A stretch of DNA of 64,000 bases, taken from the NCBI GenBank assembly GCA_965262775.1, contig CBDHFT010000006.1, forward strand, positions 323,437 to 387,436, written 5' to 3'. The DNA is from Alphaproteobacteria bacterium. GTDB lineage: Bacteria > Pseudomonadota > Alphaproteobacteria > JASGCL01. Made by a program: the position numbers and the translations under genes. How positions within the stretch are numbered: position 1 is the first letter of the stretch; each line of letters opens with the position of its first letter. The notes beneath the pieces are model-generated. The model ran no database searches, was not told the origin of the DNA, and worked only from the letters and a program-made list of their open reading frames with translations. Positions 51,080 to 60,712 of the stretch are shown here, in pieces.

Positions 51080-51907
51080 TTAATCGAACAGGTTGAGCCA
51101 ATATATTAGACCATGAAATAACAAATTGGGTTCGTAATCTTTGGGGTTGTTAAATCCGCCGCCCGTAAAAACCATGGCGCGTTTTTCTGCTTCTGCTTTT
51201 TCTGCTAATTCGGTCATCAGGCCACGAAAAATTAAACGACAACCCTTGCTGATGGCGTCATGGGTGTTCCTGCCAATCATGTTATCTTCGATTTTCTGAT
51301 TAATTTCGTTGATAATATTTTGGTCAATTTCAATTTGTGATAAATCTTGCATCTGCTTGCTGGCGGAATCTTGTTTGGTTTCTGGTGCCATTTTTTCTGA
51401 TAATTTGTAATTTTTGGCGGCGGTTTTTGCCCAGGGTGGTTTTATTCCTGTGTTTTCATAAAGTGCCTGTTCCATGATAAATGCGCCAGGCATTATCACC
51501 CCGCCTTCAAAGCCAAAACCTGCATCGGCAAAATTAACCGTCATGGCGGTGCCAGCATCGACTATCATCAACGGCGCGCCGTAGCCCAATTTTTTGGCAC
51601 CCAGGATAGCCAACAACCTATCGGGGCCCACGGCCTCGGGCTCGTCGGTATAATTGCGGAATGGGTAATCTTTGCTGGTGAAGAATCGCAAATCTATGGC
51701 ATGTTGGCTAGCAAATTTTTTTAGCAGGAGTGTGACAGATGGCACCACCGACACCGCAAAAATTTGCCGCGCCGCGGACAACAATTTGAAATGGCTAGAG
51801 GTTTTTATGCTGGCAGTGTTGATAATATTGATATCACCTAAGTTTTTTCCATCCCAATCAGTATATCGTACATGGCTGTTGCCAATAATCATAAGAATAA
51901 CGTTCAT
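51080..51907 (-). CDS. coaX: type III pantothenate kinase, with a ~65-aa insertion
   Basis: N-terminal MNVILMIIGNSHVRY, then GPDRL and IVDAGTAMT motifs of CoaX. Start chosen at the internal Met at 51907. Confidence 0.75.
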   Translation of the reverse strand: MNVILMIIGNSHVRYTDWDGKNLGDINIINTASIKTSSHFKLLSAARQIFAVSVVPSVTLLLKKFASQHAIDLRFFTSKDYPFRNYTDEPEAVGPDRLLAILGAKKLGYGAPLMIVDAGTAMTVNFADAGFGFEGGVIMPGAFIMEQALYENTGIKPPWAKTAAKNYKLSEKMAPETKQDSASKQMQDLSQIEIDQNIINEINQKIEDNMIGRNTHDAISKGCRLIFRGLMTELAEKAEAEKRAMVFTGGGFNNPKDYEPNLLFHGLIYWLNLFD

Positions 51908-51979
51908 GGCGTGAGTATAGAAAAAAAATACAATGGTTGCAATCAACTTGCGGGGTTTGTATAGGAAGTATCACATTGC

Positions 51980-52140
<161 letters not shown>

Positions 52141-52267
52141 AATAAAAAAAAACTACGGTTTCCATCCGCCACCAATAGCAATTATATTTTGTTCGTTGTT
52201 CTTAAAAATAGGGTGTGAATTAGAATAATAAATTGACATAAAAATAAAAATAATTTAGCCACCATTC

Positions 52268-52687
52268 ATGGCAAGCGTTGCAACCTATCTTAATTTTTCG
52301 AGCCAGACCGAGGTCGTCTTTGATTTTTATAAATCGGTGTTCGGTGGAGAATTTACATCCTTCACGCGGATTGGCGATGTGCCGCCCGCGCCAGGCATGA
52401 CATTTAGCGATGAAGAAAAAAAATTGGTTATGAATGTGCAATACCCTATTTTGGGTGGTCATGTGCTGATGGGCAGCGACGTGCCAGCAAAACATGGCAA
52501 GGTGGAGATGGGCAATAATATTTCCATCGCCCTGATGGTTGATAGCGTGGATCAAGGAAAAAAATTATTCACCGCCCTGGCCGCGGGGGGCAAGGTTGGC
52601 ATCGAATTTCAAGAAATGTTTTGGGGCCATTGGGGCTCGCTCACCGATAAATTTGGCGTGCGCTGGATGGTTAATTGTAACAAGTAA
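52268..52687 (+). CDS. VOC/glyoxalase superfamily protein, PhnB-like
   Basis: 139-aa protein with a PhnB/3-demethylubiquinone methyltransferase-like fold pattern (FGGEF..., GGHVLMGSD, FWGHWGSLTDKFGVRWMV). Confidence 0.65.
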   Translation: MASVATYLNFSSQTEVVFDFYKSVFGGEFTSFTRIGDVPPAPGMTFSDEEKKLVMNVQYPILGGHVLMGSDVPAKHGKVEMGNNISIALMVDSVDQGKKLFTALAAGGKVGIEFQEMFWGHWGSLTDKFGVRWMVNCNK

Positions 52688-52703
52688 AGTTTCTTATAAA
52701 TAA

Positions 52704-53255
52704 TTATCGCCTATTGTTGTAGGCGGCCTTCGCCGAGCGCGGAATAAAATAAAATATCGGCGGAATAAGCATGGCAAAATAAGCCAAGTAGGGGCTGATG
52801 AAGCTGAGTAAAAAAGCCCCACCATAACAACCAACGCCAACATACCTTTGCCAACCAAATTTTTTCAGGTTGCCATGAACACTGCGCGTGAGGAAATAAA
52901 ACACCAACCCCGCTAAAAACATATTTAAATTATAAAAAGCAATGCTAATAGGTTCGTCAAAATTTTCCCCCAACAGGCTGGTAGAAAAGGGAATAAGGGT
53001 AATAAAAAGCAGGGTGAGAATATTAAGCCATAATATCCTATGGGTGACGGTTTTGATGCTCAAACATAGCTGATGATGGTTAACCCACCAAATGGCGATG
53101 GTGATGAAGCTTAAAATAAATAATAAAAAAGTAGGAAGAAACGGCAAAAAATCAACCCAATGGGTTATATCAAAAGGATGCAGTTCGATAGCCAACAGAG
53201 TCATGACGATGGAAAACACCCCGTCAGAAAATGCTTCTAGTCTTGTTTTATTCAT
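52704..53255 (-). CDS. TMEM175/DUF1211 family potassium channel-like membrane protein
   Basis: Hallmark N-terminus RLEAFSDGVFSIVMTLLAIEL; 183 aa with 6 TM segments. Confidence 0.75.
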   Translation of the reverse strand: MNKTRLEAFSDGVFSIVMTLLAIELHPFDITHWVDFLPFLPTFLLFILSFITIAIWWVNHHQLCLSIKTVTHRILWLNILTLLFITLIPFSTSLLGENFDEPISIAFYNLNMFLAGLVFYFLTRSVHGNLKKFGWQRYVGVGCYGGAFLLSFISPYLAYFAMLIPPIFYFIPRSAKAAYNNRR

Positions 53256-53320
53256 TTTATTTTTCTTCCTTTGGTAATATTTTATTTGCCAAAAGAAGTC
53301 AAATTGATTAAAGTCAAAAA

Positions 53321-53776
53321 ATGAAAAAAATTAGCACCTTTCTTTGGTTCGATAATACAGCGGAACAGGCCGTTGCATTTTATAGTGAGATTTTTTCAGA
53401 TTTAAAAATTCTGGGGAAAATGGCCGCTGGCGGGAACGTGATTGGTGTCACTTTCGACCTAGCGGGGCAACAATTCATCGCCTTTAATGGTGGGCAACAT
53501 TACAAATTAACCCCCGCTGTATCAATATTTGTGCAATGCGATACCCAAGAAGAAATTGATAATTATTGGGATAAATTTTTGGCTGGGGGCGGTAAAGAAA
53601 TGGCATGCGGTTGGTTGACCGACAGGTTTGGCGTCAGCTGGCAAATTATTCCGCGGATGTTAGTCGATGTTTTGGGCAGTAAAGACAGCGTGAAGGCCGA
53701 GCGCGCCAGGCAAGCCATGATGCAAATGATCAAGCTAGATATACAAAAATTGCAAGACGCCTTTGATGGCAAATAA
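53321..53776 (+). CDS. VOC superfamily protein, PhnB-like (a paralog of the 52268 gene)
   Basis: FLWFDNTAEQAVAFYSEIF...CGWLTDRFGVSWQIIP matches the PhnB-like pattern. Confidence 0.7.
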   Translation: MKKISTFLWFDNTAEQAVAFYSEIFSDLKILGKMAAGGNVIGVTFDLAGQQFIAFNGGQHYKLTPAVSIFVQCDTQEEIDNYWDKFLAGGGKEMACGWLTDRFGVSWQIIPRMLVDVLGSKDSVKAERARQAMMQMIKLDIQKLQDAFDGK

Positions 53777-53856
53777 TTTTTTAAGCCGTGGCTTTGGTCA
53801 TGCTGCAAGTAATTGCTCTCGTCAGATATTAAAAATAACAAAGCAAAGCAATAAAT

Positions 53857-53875
53857 GGTAAGCAGTAAGCTTACC
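53857..53875. terminator. hairpin GGTAAGC-AGTAA-GCTTACC at the convergent junction; T-rich tail on the minus strand
   Basis: 7-bp perfect stem overlapping the stop of the 53871..54275 gene. The minus strand continues with TTTATTGCTTTGCTTTGTTATTTTT. Confidence 0.5.
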
Positions 53876-54275
53876 ACCGCACGCCGCGTTTTTGCCAATG
53901 TTTCACCCTTGCTTCAAAGGAAGTATGTTGGTCGGGGGCAAGGGCGTCCTTCATATCTGACAATAGGATTTTTCTATTTTTTTCTTTGTTGTTAAAATAT
54001 CTTAACCAAGCATTGCGAACGGTGGTTTTTTGCACTTCGTTTAAATCTAAACTTTTGGTCATTTGCGCTGCTTTGACTTCTGCCATGGCTTCTGGGCTGT
54101 CATCGGTGGTGCGATAGGACCACATTTGAATACCGCCAGCAACCCAAAGAATAATCGCCACCACGCCAACCGCGGCCAGGGCGCACAGCATCACTTTTTT
54201 TAAACAACGCAACCACAGACTGGAACCCGCGCCATGTTGGTTGTTAAGATTTTCTTTTGTAGATTTTTTTGCCAT
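53871..54275 (-). CDS. hypothetical membrane-anchored periplasmic protein, possibly of the LTXXQ (Spy/CpxP-like) family
   Basis: One N-terminal TM segment then a helical domain with LNEVQ and LAPDQ motifs; weak assignment. Confidence 0.3.
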   Translation of the reverse strand: MAKKSTKENLNNQHGAGSSLWLRCLKKVMLCALAAVGVVAIILWVAGGIQMWSYRTTDDSPEAMAEVKAAQMTKSLDLNEVQKTTVRNAWLRYFNNKEKNRKILLSDMKDALAPDQHTSFEARVKHWQKRGVRW

Positions 54276-54346
54276 GAGGGTAATTTTTCAAACAACAACA
54301 CGCCCCACACGGTCATTATAAAAAACTCTCAAGGCAGAATCAAGAA

Positions 54347-54517
54347 TTACTTCATCCACATGACGAGTAATTTGATAGGTAAGGATAACAAGGTGACGAC
54401 AACCAAACCAAACAACCATAGCATGACAAACCAACTAACCTGGCGCAACCGCGGTTTGTTTTTGAAGAATCGGCGCAACCAATTATCAATTTTTTGGGTG
54501 ATGGGTTGGATTATCAT
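54347..54517 (-). CDS. candidate small membrane protein downstream of cydB (CydX/YbgT-like?), 56 aa, not in the ORF track
   Basis: Manual minus-strand translation: MIIQPITQKIDNWLRRFFKNKPRLRQVSWFVMLWLFGLVVVTLLSLPIKLLVMWMK. It has a single hydrophobic helix and lies 48 nt after the cydB stop. Confidence 0.25.
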   Translation of the reverse strand: MIIQPITQKIDNWLRRFFKNKPRLRQVSWFVMLWLFGLVVVTLLSLPIKLLVMWMK

Positions 54518-54564
54518 TATTGTTTGCTTGTTAAGATTATCAAATTCTGCCGTTATTTTTTTTA

Positions 54565-55602
54565 TTAGTAGGTAGCCTTGTCATGGGCCTTGCCGCGAAA
54601 AACAAAGTAGCAATAACCCGTGTAGCCTAAAATAATCGGCAACATCGGCACAACCCCGACCAACAATAATGATAACCCAGGCCCCGATGCGGCCGCTTGG
54701 CCAAAAGTATATTGATAAGGAATGATGTAAGGAAAGATAGATACCGTTAGCCCAAGGTAGCCTATTACAAATATTAATTGCGTGGTAAAAAATGGGCGCA
54801 CTTCATGAAGCACACGCTTGCCAACTTCACGCTTAAGGTCAAACCAAGCGACAATAAAAAGCAACGCCGTTACAAGTGGAATAGGCGCGAGGTAAAGCAT
54901 ATGCGGGAAAGAGAACCAGCGGGCAGCAATGGTATCGTTGATAAGGGCGACGCTAACACTAACCAACAACATAGCAATCCCGACAAAGCCGAGGAGGTAC
55001 ATGGCGGCACGCCGCGCCCAAACGTGGGTTTCCTTATCGGTCTTCATCACCAGCCAGGTCGCGCCCAGCAACCCATAGCCAAACACCAAGGATAATCCTG
55101 TTAACATGCTAAAGCCCGAAGCCCAATCAAGCGGGCCACCAGCAAAATTGCGGCCATCAACCTTGACTCCCGAAATAAATGCACCCAAAATAAGTCCCTG
55201 GCAAAATGCCGCCATCAGCGAACCCATGTGAAATACATAATCCCACATTTTTTTGCCCTTAACCGATGCTTTGAAGCGAAATTCGAAGGCAATGCCGCGT
55301 AGAATAAGCCCCAACAACATCAAAATAATCGGCATGTAGAAAGCGGGTAAAAGGATAGAATAGGCCAAGGGAAAGGCGACAAACAAACCACCCGCACCCA
55401 ATACCAACCATGTTTCATTGCTATCCCAAAATGGCGCAATAGAATTAATCATTTTGTTGCGGCATGTATCGGACGGGGCGAAGGGAAATAAAATACCAAC
55501 CCCCAAATCAAAACCGTCCAGCGCGACATACATCAACACCGCAACGGCGATGATAACACCCCAAATAATGGGAAGGTTAAGGACAGAGGAAAAATCAAAC
55601 AT
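54565..55602 (-). CDS. cydB: cytochrome bd ubiquinol oxidase subunit II
   Basis: 345-aa polytopic protein of the CydB family (MFDFSSVLNLPIIWGVI...), downstream of cydA. Confidence 0.88.
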   Translation of the reverse strand: MFDFSSVLNLPIIWGVIIAVAVLMYVALDGFDLGVGILFPFAPSDTCRNKMINSIAPFWDSNETWLVLGAGGLFVAFPLAYSILLPAFYMPIILMLLGLILRGIAFEFRFKASVKGKKMWDYVFHMGSLMAAFCQGLILGAFISGVKVDGRNFAGGPLDWASGFSMLTGLSLVFGYGLLGATWLVMKTDKETHVWARRAAMYLLGFVGIAMLLVSVSVALINDTIAARWFSFPHMLYLAPIPLVTALLFIVAWFDLKREVGKRVLHEVRPFFTTQLIFVIGYLGLTVSIFPYIIPYQYTFGQAAASGPGLSLLLVGVVPMLPIILGYTGYCYFVFRGKAHDKATY

Positions 55603-55638
55603 GCTGTATCGTTGGGTATATCGTTGGGCTTATCATTA

Positions 55639-57058
55639 TTATTTTTTCTTTTTTGATTTGGCGGGTTTGGCAAGCCCTTCCATCATCGAGGCCTCCAACC
55701 CATGTTTATAAAATTGTTCTTGGCTGCTTGTCGCGGGGATTCCCAAACCAATCAGCTTAAGGATATAATAACTGCCTGCACCAAATACAAAACTATACAT
55801 AACAACAAACGCCACCAGCGACCATAAAACTTGCGGCCCCGTGATGGCGGGCGACACCGATTCAACTGTGCGCATCACCTCATAAACGGTGAAGGGTTGC
55901 CGACCAATCTCGGTCACGAACCAGCCCGCCAACAGGGCGATAAAGCCGCTTGGCATCATCGCCATCCACCAATATTGCAGGGCGCGGTTGGTAAAAATCT
56001 TTTTGCGATAATAGGCCCAAGCGCTGGTAAGCCCCAAACCTATCATCAACAACCCCAAGCCAATCATAATACGGAATGACCAGAAAACCCATGCGACATA
56101 GGGCCTGTCGGCGGCGGGCACCGATTTTAACCCCTTTGACCTCGCCATTCCAGCTGTGGGTCAGGATAAGGCTTGAAGCATAAGGTATAGATAGCTCGTA
56201 ATGATTCTTTTCATTTTTTTGGTCGGGGATAGCAAACAGACGGAAGGCAGCGGGTTGTTCCGTTTTTTCCCAAATACCTTCCATCGCGGCAACCTTCATG
56301 GGTTGGTGCTTGAGGGTATTGAGGCCATGCAAATCACCAACCAATAATTGTAAGGGCGCGGCCAAGGCCAGCATAAGCGTCGCCATGGCAAGCATGGTTT
56401 TTGCTTCGTTGATATGACGTTTGGTAAAAAGATAGAATGCCGCGACACCACCCACCACCAACGCCACCGAAAGATAAGCCGCCAACACCATATGCACAAG
56501 CCGATAAGGAAAGGACGGGTTGAAAACAATAGCAAGCCAATCCAGCGGATATAACCTGCCGTCGGGGCCGACTTCAAAACCCTGGGGGGTTTGCATCCAA
56601 CTGTTGGCGGCAAGAATCCAAAATGCCGATAACAGCGTGCCCAGGGCAACAATCACCGTTGCCGCAAAATGCATTTTGGGCGACACACGATTAAAACCAA
56701 ACAACATGATACCCAAAAATGATGCCTCCAAGAAAAAGGCGGTTAAAACTTCAAACCCGAGCAAAGGACCTATGACATTCGAAATGCGGTCGGCAAATAT
56801 CGACCAATTGGTGCCAAATTGATAGGACATCACGACGCCCGATACGACCCCCAAACCAAAGGAGACGGCAAAAATTTTTATCCAAAATTTGTAAAGGTTA
56901 AGATAGACGATTTTTCCTGTTTTAAGCCAGAGACCTTCCAGCACTGCTAAATAACTAGCAAGGCCGATGCTCATGGCGGGGAAAACAATATGAAAGCTAA
57001 TCGTGAAGGCAAATTGAATGCGAGCCAGGAGGAGGGGATCGAGAAGGTTATCTAACAT
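55639..57058 (-). pseudogene. cydA: cytochrome bd ubiquinol oxidase subunit I with a +1 frameshift at a C4 run (plus 56131-56134); sequencing error or pseudogene
   Basis: ORF 55880..57058 carries the CydA N-terminus through the Q-loop ...LILTHSWNGEVKG, then reads out of frame. ORF 55639..56148 continues as GLKSVPAADRPYVAWVFWSFRIM.... Removing one G/C restores the conserved EVKGLK..P..RP junction. Confidence 0.65.
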
Positions 57059-57317
57059 CTTTTATCCTGTCCACTTGCTATTCTTTCTTAACTGGCCATG
57101 GTGGCTTAGTTTTTTTTCATTCTATACACAGAAATAACTCTTGTCAAATTGTTCTTAGTTATTGTTGGAAGATTAAGTCTATGACAGAACAATACCAAAC
57201 CCCCAAATGATTTAATAAAAAAATTGCAAGGACATTGTAAAGATGGTAGCTAGAGTCATCAATCATGCCGTTACAAATGCTTGATATATTACATATAAAA
57301 AAATTGGTGAGGTTATT

Positions 57318-58292
57318 ATGACAATTACAACGCGCTTGATGGGTGGACTGGGCAACCAATTGTTTCAATATGCGGCGGGGCGCGTCTTGGCAAAAAAACA
57401 TAAAACGACACTGAGGTTGGATACAAGTTTTCTGGCGCAACAAAATAAAAATATTACCAACCGCCCTTATGAACTGGCACCCTTTACCCTTAAAATTGAT
57501 AGGTTGGAAAATTGCGAGCCTGGCGAACAGGATAAAGTCATTGAAGAAGATAATCTGACCGCCCCCGAAGCATTCATGGCAAGCCCGCCCGATAGTTTTT
57601 TGATAGGTTATTGGCAGGGGCGATTTTATATAGAAAAAATAAAAGATGAATTGTTGGAAACCATCAAACCGACAAAACCATTGTCAAAACAATCGCAACA
57701 AATATTAAGCCAAATAAAAAAAACCAATGCGGTGTTGGTGCATATTCGCCGTGGTGATTACGCAACCTTATCGTCCGCCAATCGGTTTCATGGTTTGTTG
57801 CCGATGGATTATTATCAAAGGGCAATTAATGAAATGCTGCGCCATGTAAAAGACCCAAGTTTTTTTATTTTTTCTGACGACCCGCAGTGGGTAAAAGAAA
57901 ATTTAGCAATAGCAAATCATAAAACGGTATATGTAACCCACAACCAAGGAAAAAATTCATGGCAAGATTTAATATTAATGAGCCATTGCCAACATGCCAT
58001 TATCGCCAACAGCAGTTTTTCTTTTTTGGCGGCTTATTTGTTACAATTGCGCCATGCCAAGGATGCTAAGGGGGAGGGCAAGGAGGGTGGCAAGGCGAAT
58101 ATCATAGCACCACGCGAATGGTTTCGCGCGCGCGCCGTTGACCAAGAAAAATGGTTTCCAGCTGGTTGGCAATTGTTATCGGCCCAGCCCCGTTCGCCAT
58201 TTCGTACTTTCTATAGGTTATTGACAAGCAAGATAAAAACCCGCATTAAATTAACGATAAAGCGACATAAAACCAAAGGCATAACAACATGA
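57318..58292 (+). CDS. glycosyltransferase family 11 (alpha-1,2-fucosyltransferase-like) with a Lys/Gly-rich C-terminal extension
   Basis: GT11 N-terminal signature LMGGLGNQLFQYAAGR; 324 aa. Its stop overlaps the next start as ATGA. Confidence 0.75.
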   Translation: MTITTRLMGGLGNQLFQYAAGRVLAKKHKTTLRLDTSFLAQQNKNITNRPYELAPFTLKIDRLENCEPGEQDKVIEEDNLTAPEAFMASPPDSFLIGYWQGRFYIEKIKDELLETIKPTKPLSKQSQQILSQIKKTNAVLVHIRRGDYATLSSANRFHGLLPMDYYQRAINEMLRHVKDPSFFIFSDDPQWVKENLAIANHKTVYVTHNQGKNSWQDLILMSHCQHAIIANSSFSFLAAYLLQLRHAKDAKGEGKEGGKANIIAPREWFRARAVDQEKWFPAGWQLLSAQPRSPFRTFYRLLTSKIKTRIKLTIKRHKTKGITT

Positions 58293-58978
58293 CAGAAATG
58301 ATTTGGGCGATTGACGGCATGCACTGCGCCGCATGTATTGAAAAAATTACCGCGGCGATGACGGGCGAGGAGGGGGTTAAGGTTACCCTCACCCCGCCGC
58401 GTTTGCATGTGGGGCAAGCCAGCAATTTAGCAACCTTGCAAAAAAAAATAAAAAAAGCTGGCGACCGTTATTCCTTGCGCCCCCGCACCGCAGCGGAAGT
58501 GATGGCCGATAACACCCCTCACCACACTATGGCTGACCATAGCCAGCATGGCACGCAAGCGGTCATGTTGGACAATGGCGAGGATAACCGTTCTTTCCTA
58601 CAGATTTATTATCCATTGTTTTTAATCGTGGGTGCGGTGGCGGTGTCGGCCTTAAAAGGCGTCACCAATATTTACGATTGGATGTTAAATTTCGAAGCAG
58701 GATTCTTTCTGGTATTTGGCTTTTTTAAATTGCTTAATTTACCTGGCTTTCGCGACGCCTACGCCACCTATGACCTGTTGGCAAAAAAAATCCCTGCCTA
58801 TGGTTTGCTTTACCCATTTTTGGAATTGGCATTGGGTTTTATGTTTTTGTTTCGGTTTGAATTGGCGATTGCTTTTTATAGTGCCATTATATTGATGGGT
58901 TTCAGTTCGCTGGGGGTGTTGCAAGCCCTGGCAAAAAAACAGAAAATCCGCTGGTGCCTGCCTGGGCACGACGCTTAA
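58289..58978 (+). CDS. heavy-metal-associated (HMA) domain fused to a DoxX/MauE-like 4-TM membrane domain
   Basis: N-terminal GMHCAACIEKI (MxCxxC), a His-rich linker, then FFLVFGFFKLLNLPGFRDAYATYDLL...PFLELALGFMFLF, a DoxX/MauE-type pattern. Confidence 0.55.
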   Translation: MTEMIWAIDGMHCAACIEKITAAMTGEEGVKVTLTPPRLHVGQASNLATLQKKIKKAGDRYSLRPRTAAEVMADNTPHHTMADHSQHGTQAVMLDNGEDNRSFLQIYYPLFLIVGAVAVSALKGVTNIYDWMLNFEAGFFLVFGFFKLLNLPGFRDAYATYDLLAKKIPAYGLLYPFLELALGFMFLFRFELAIAFYSAIILMGFSSLGVLQALAKKQKIRWCLPGHDA

Positions 58979-59070
58979 CCTGCCCATGACCAGCATTACA
59001 TTGGTCGAGGATTTGAGCATGGTCGTGATGTCGGTTGTTATGTTGTGGCATGGTGTGATATAAGCGCGAG

Positions 59071-59727
59071 GTGTTTCGCTTATGTTTGGTAACATCTATC
59101 GGTGATAGGCCGATGGAAGATTATTTAGATTTTTTACGCGCCGCCGTGCTTGGCGGGGTTGACATGGTCCAGTGGCGAGAAAAAAAGCGAGCCTTACAAA
59201 AAAAATATATCAAGCCGAAGCGATTAAAAAATTGCTCGATGAATGGAATCTGCCCTTGATGATTAATGATTACCCCGATATTTGCAAGCAAGTTGGCGCA
59301 GGCGGTGTGCATTTGGGCAATAGCGATATGGCGGTGGCAATGGCTCGCCCCATCATCGGGGCCGATAAAATAATTGGCGTTTCGAAAGAATCAGAAGGCG
59401 ACCTTAAGCAAGCCAACCAAGATGCGGCTATCGATTACATGACGGCCAGCGCTATCTACCCCAGTGCTCATAAATTGGATACTCAAAAAATTTGGGGGAA
59501 TCGAAGAATTAAAAAAATTAGTGAAGATGGCGCAAAAACCCCTCACCGCCATTGGCGGGATTACCCTGGATAACCTTGCCGATGTTATGGCGACAGGGGT
59601 TGCGGGGGTGGCGGTGGTCGGCGCAATTCACAATAGCCAAGCCCCTTACAACACAGCCAAAAAGATGCGTGAAATAATTGACCATGCCACGAGTAAAAAT
59701 ACAGCGCAAACCCCTAACGCTTGGTAG
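59071..59727 (+). pseudogene. thiE: thiamine-phosphate synthase in three frames (two homopolymer frameshifts); sequencing error or pseudogene
   Basis: ORF1 encodes LCLVTSIGDRPMEDYLDFLRAAVLGGVDMVQWREKK. ORF2 encodes ...LLDEWNLPLMINDY...GAGGVHLGNSD...IIGVSKES...AIDYMTASAIYPSAHKLDTQK. ORF3 encodes ...GGIEELKKLVKMAQKPLTAIGGITLDNLADVMATGVAGVAVV.... The joins fall at the A7/A8 runs (59180-59205) and at the A6T3G5 run (59485-59498). Confidence 0.65.
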
Positions 59728-59782
59728 ACTTTTATTAATTTTTTTTTTATATCATTATATATATTTTTTAATCGGGCCTATT

Positions 59783-60712
59783 ATGCAATCCACCGCGCAA
59801 GAAAAAAAATCGACCCTCGCCTTTTCGGATATAAGGGAGAACCTGCCACCCATGCTGGCGGCGTTGCGCGAAAAAAAACCATTGATATTGAATCTGACCA
59901 ACCTGGTCACGATGGATTTTATGGCCAATGCTTTGCTTGCCCTGGGTGCGGCACCCTTGATGTCGAACGCCGATGAAGAAATAGCAGAATTGGTGGGCAT
60001 TTCTTCCGCCGTGAATATTAATATTGGAACATTGGATAGGGTATTTATGCAACGCGCCCTGTTGGCGGCAAAAACCGCGCAAGCATTAAAAAAAATAATG
60101 GTGCTGGATCCCGTGGGGGCAGGGGCCAGTCAATTGCGCAGTATCGCCAGTGCCGACCTCTTGCTATGGGCAACTATTGTGCGCGGCAATGGTTCGGAGA
60201 TCCTTTCGCTTGAAAAACAAAGTAGGGCAGGACAAGACGGGCATGGAAATCAAAAATCCTTGGCGCATAGCGGCCCTGTGGAACATGTGGGGCCGCTCGG
60301 CGTTGAATCAACCGTTGGTTCGCTTGATGCCGTCATGGTTGCGGAACAATTGGCAAATCAAGGCAAAATAATTATTGTCAGCGGGCGCGAAGATTATATC
60401 ACCGATGGTCAACAGAATTTTAGTTGCCCCTATGGCTCGAGCCTTATGCCATCGGTGACGGGCATGGGTTGTGTTTTGACGGCGGTGGTGGCGGCTTTCG
60501 CCGCGCTCGGCGGCAATGGTTTGGTGGCGGCCAACATGGCGGTGCATTTTTTTGCCCTGACGGGGCAGGTGGCGGCGCAGTCGCATAACGAACCCGCCAG
60601 CTTCAAAACAAAATTTATCGATTTGCTATTTGCGCCCGATTGGCAAGCGATAGAAGAGATTATGGATTACGGCGGCCAGCAAGATAGGAAAACCATCATC
60701 AATGAAATATAA
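59783..60712 (+). CDS. thiM: hydroxyethylthiazole kinase, with a ~40-aa insertion
   Basis: ThiM core (PLILNLTNLVTMDFMANALLALGAAPLMS, VLDPVGAG, IRGNGSEI). Start chosen at MQSTAQEKK so it does not overlap thiE. Confidence 0.8.
   Translation: MQSTAQEKKSTLAFSDIRENLPPMLAALREKKPLILNLTNLVTMDFMANALLALGAAPLMSNADEEIAELVGISSAVNINIGTLDRVFMQRALLAAKTAQALKKIMVLDPVGAGASQLRSIASADLLLWATIVRGNGSEILSLEKQSRAGQDGHGNQKSLAHSGPVEHVGPLGVESTVGSLDAVMVAEQLANQGKIIIVSGREDYITDGQQNFSCPYGSSLMPSVTGMGCVLTAVVAAFAALGGNGLVAANMAVHFFALTGQVAAQSHNEPASFKTKFIDLLFAPDWQAIEEIMDYGGQQDRKTIINEI

Noticed and set aside
54234-54575. Plus-strand 113-aa ORF between the LTXXQ-like gene and cydB
   Set aside because: Low complexity with no motifs. 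The region is better explained as the cydB 3' flank plus a small minus-strand ORF.
58979-59070. Expected TPP riboswitch upstream of thiE
   Set aside because: I could not find the conserved CUGAGA and ACCUGAUCUGG cores in the 92-nt leader, so it is not called. A covariance-model search should confirm this.
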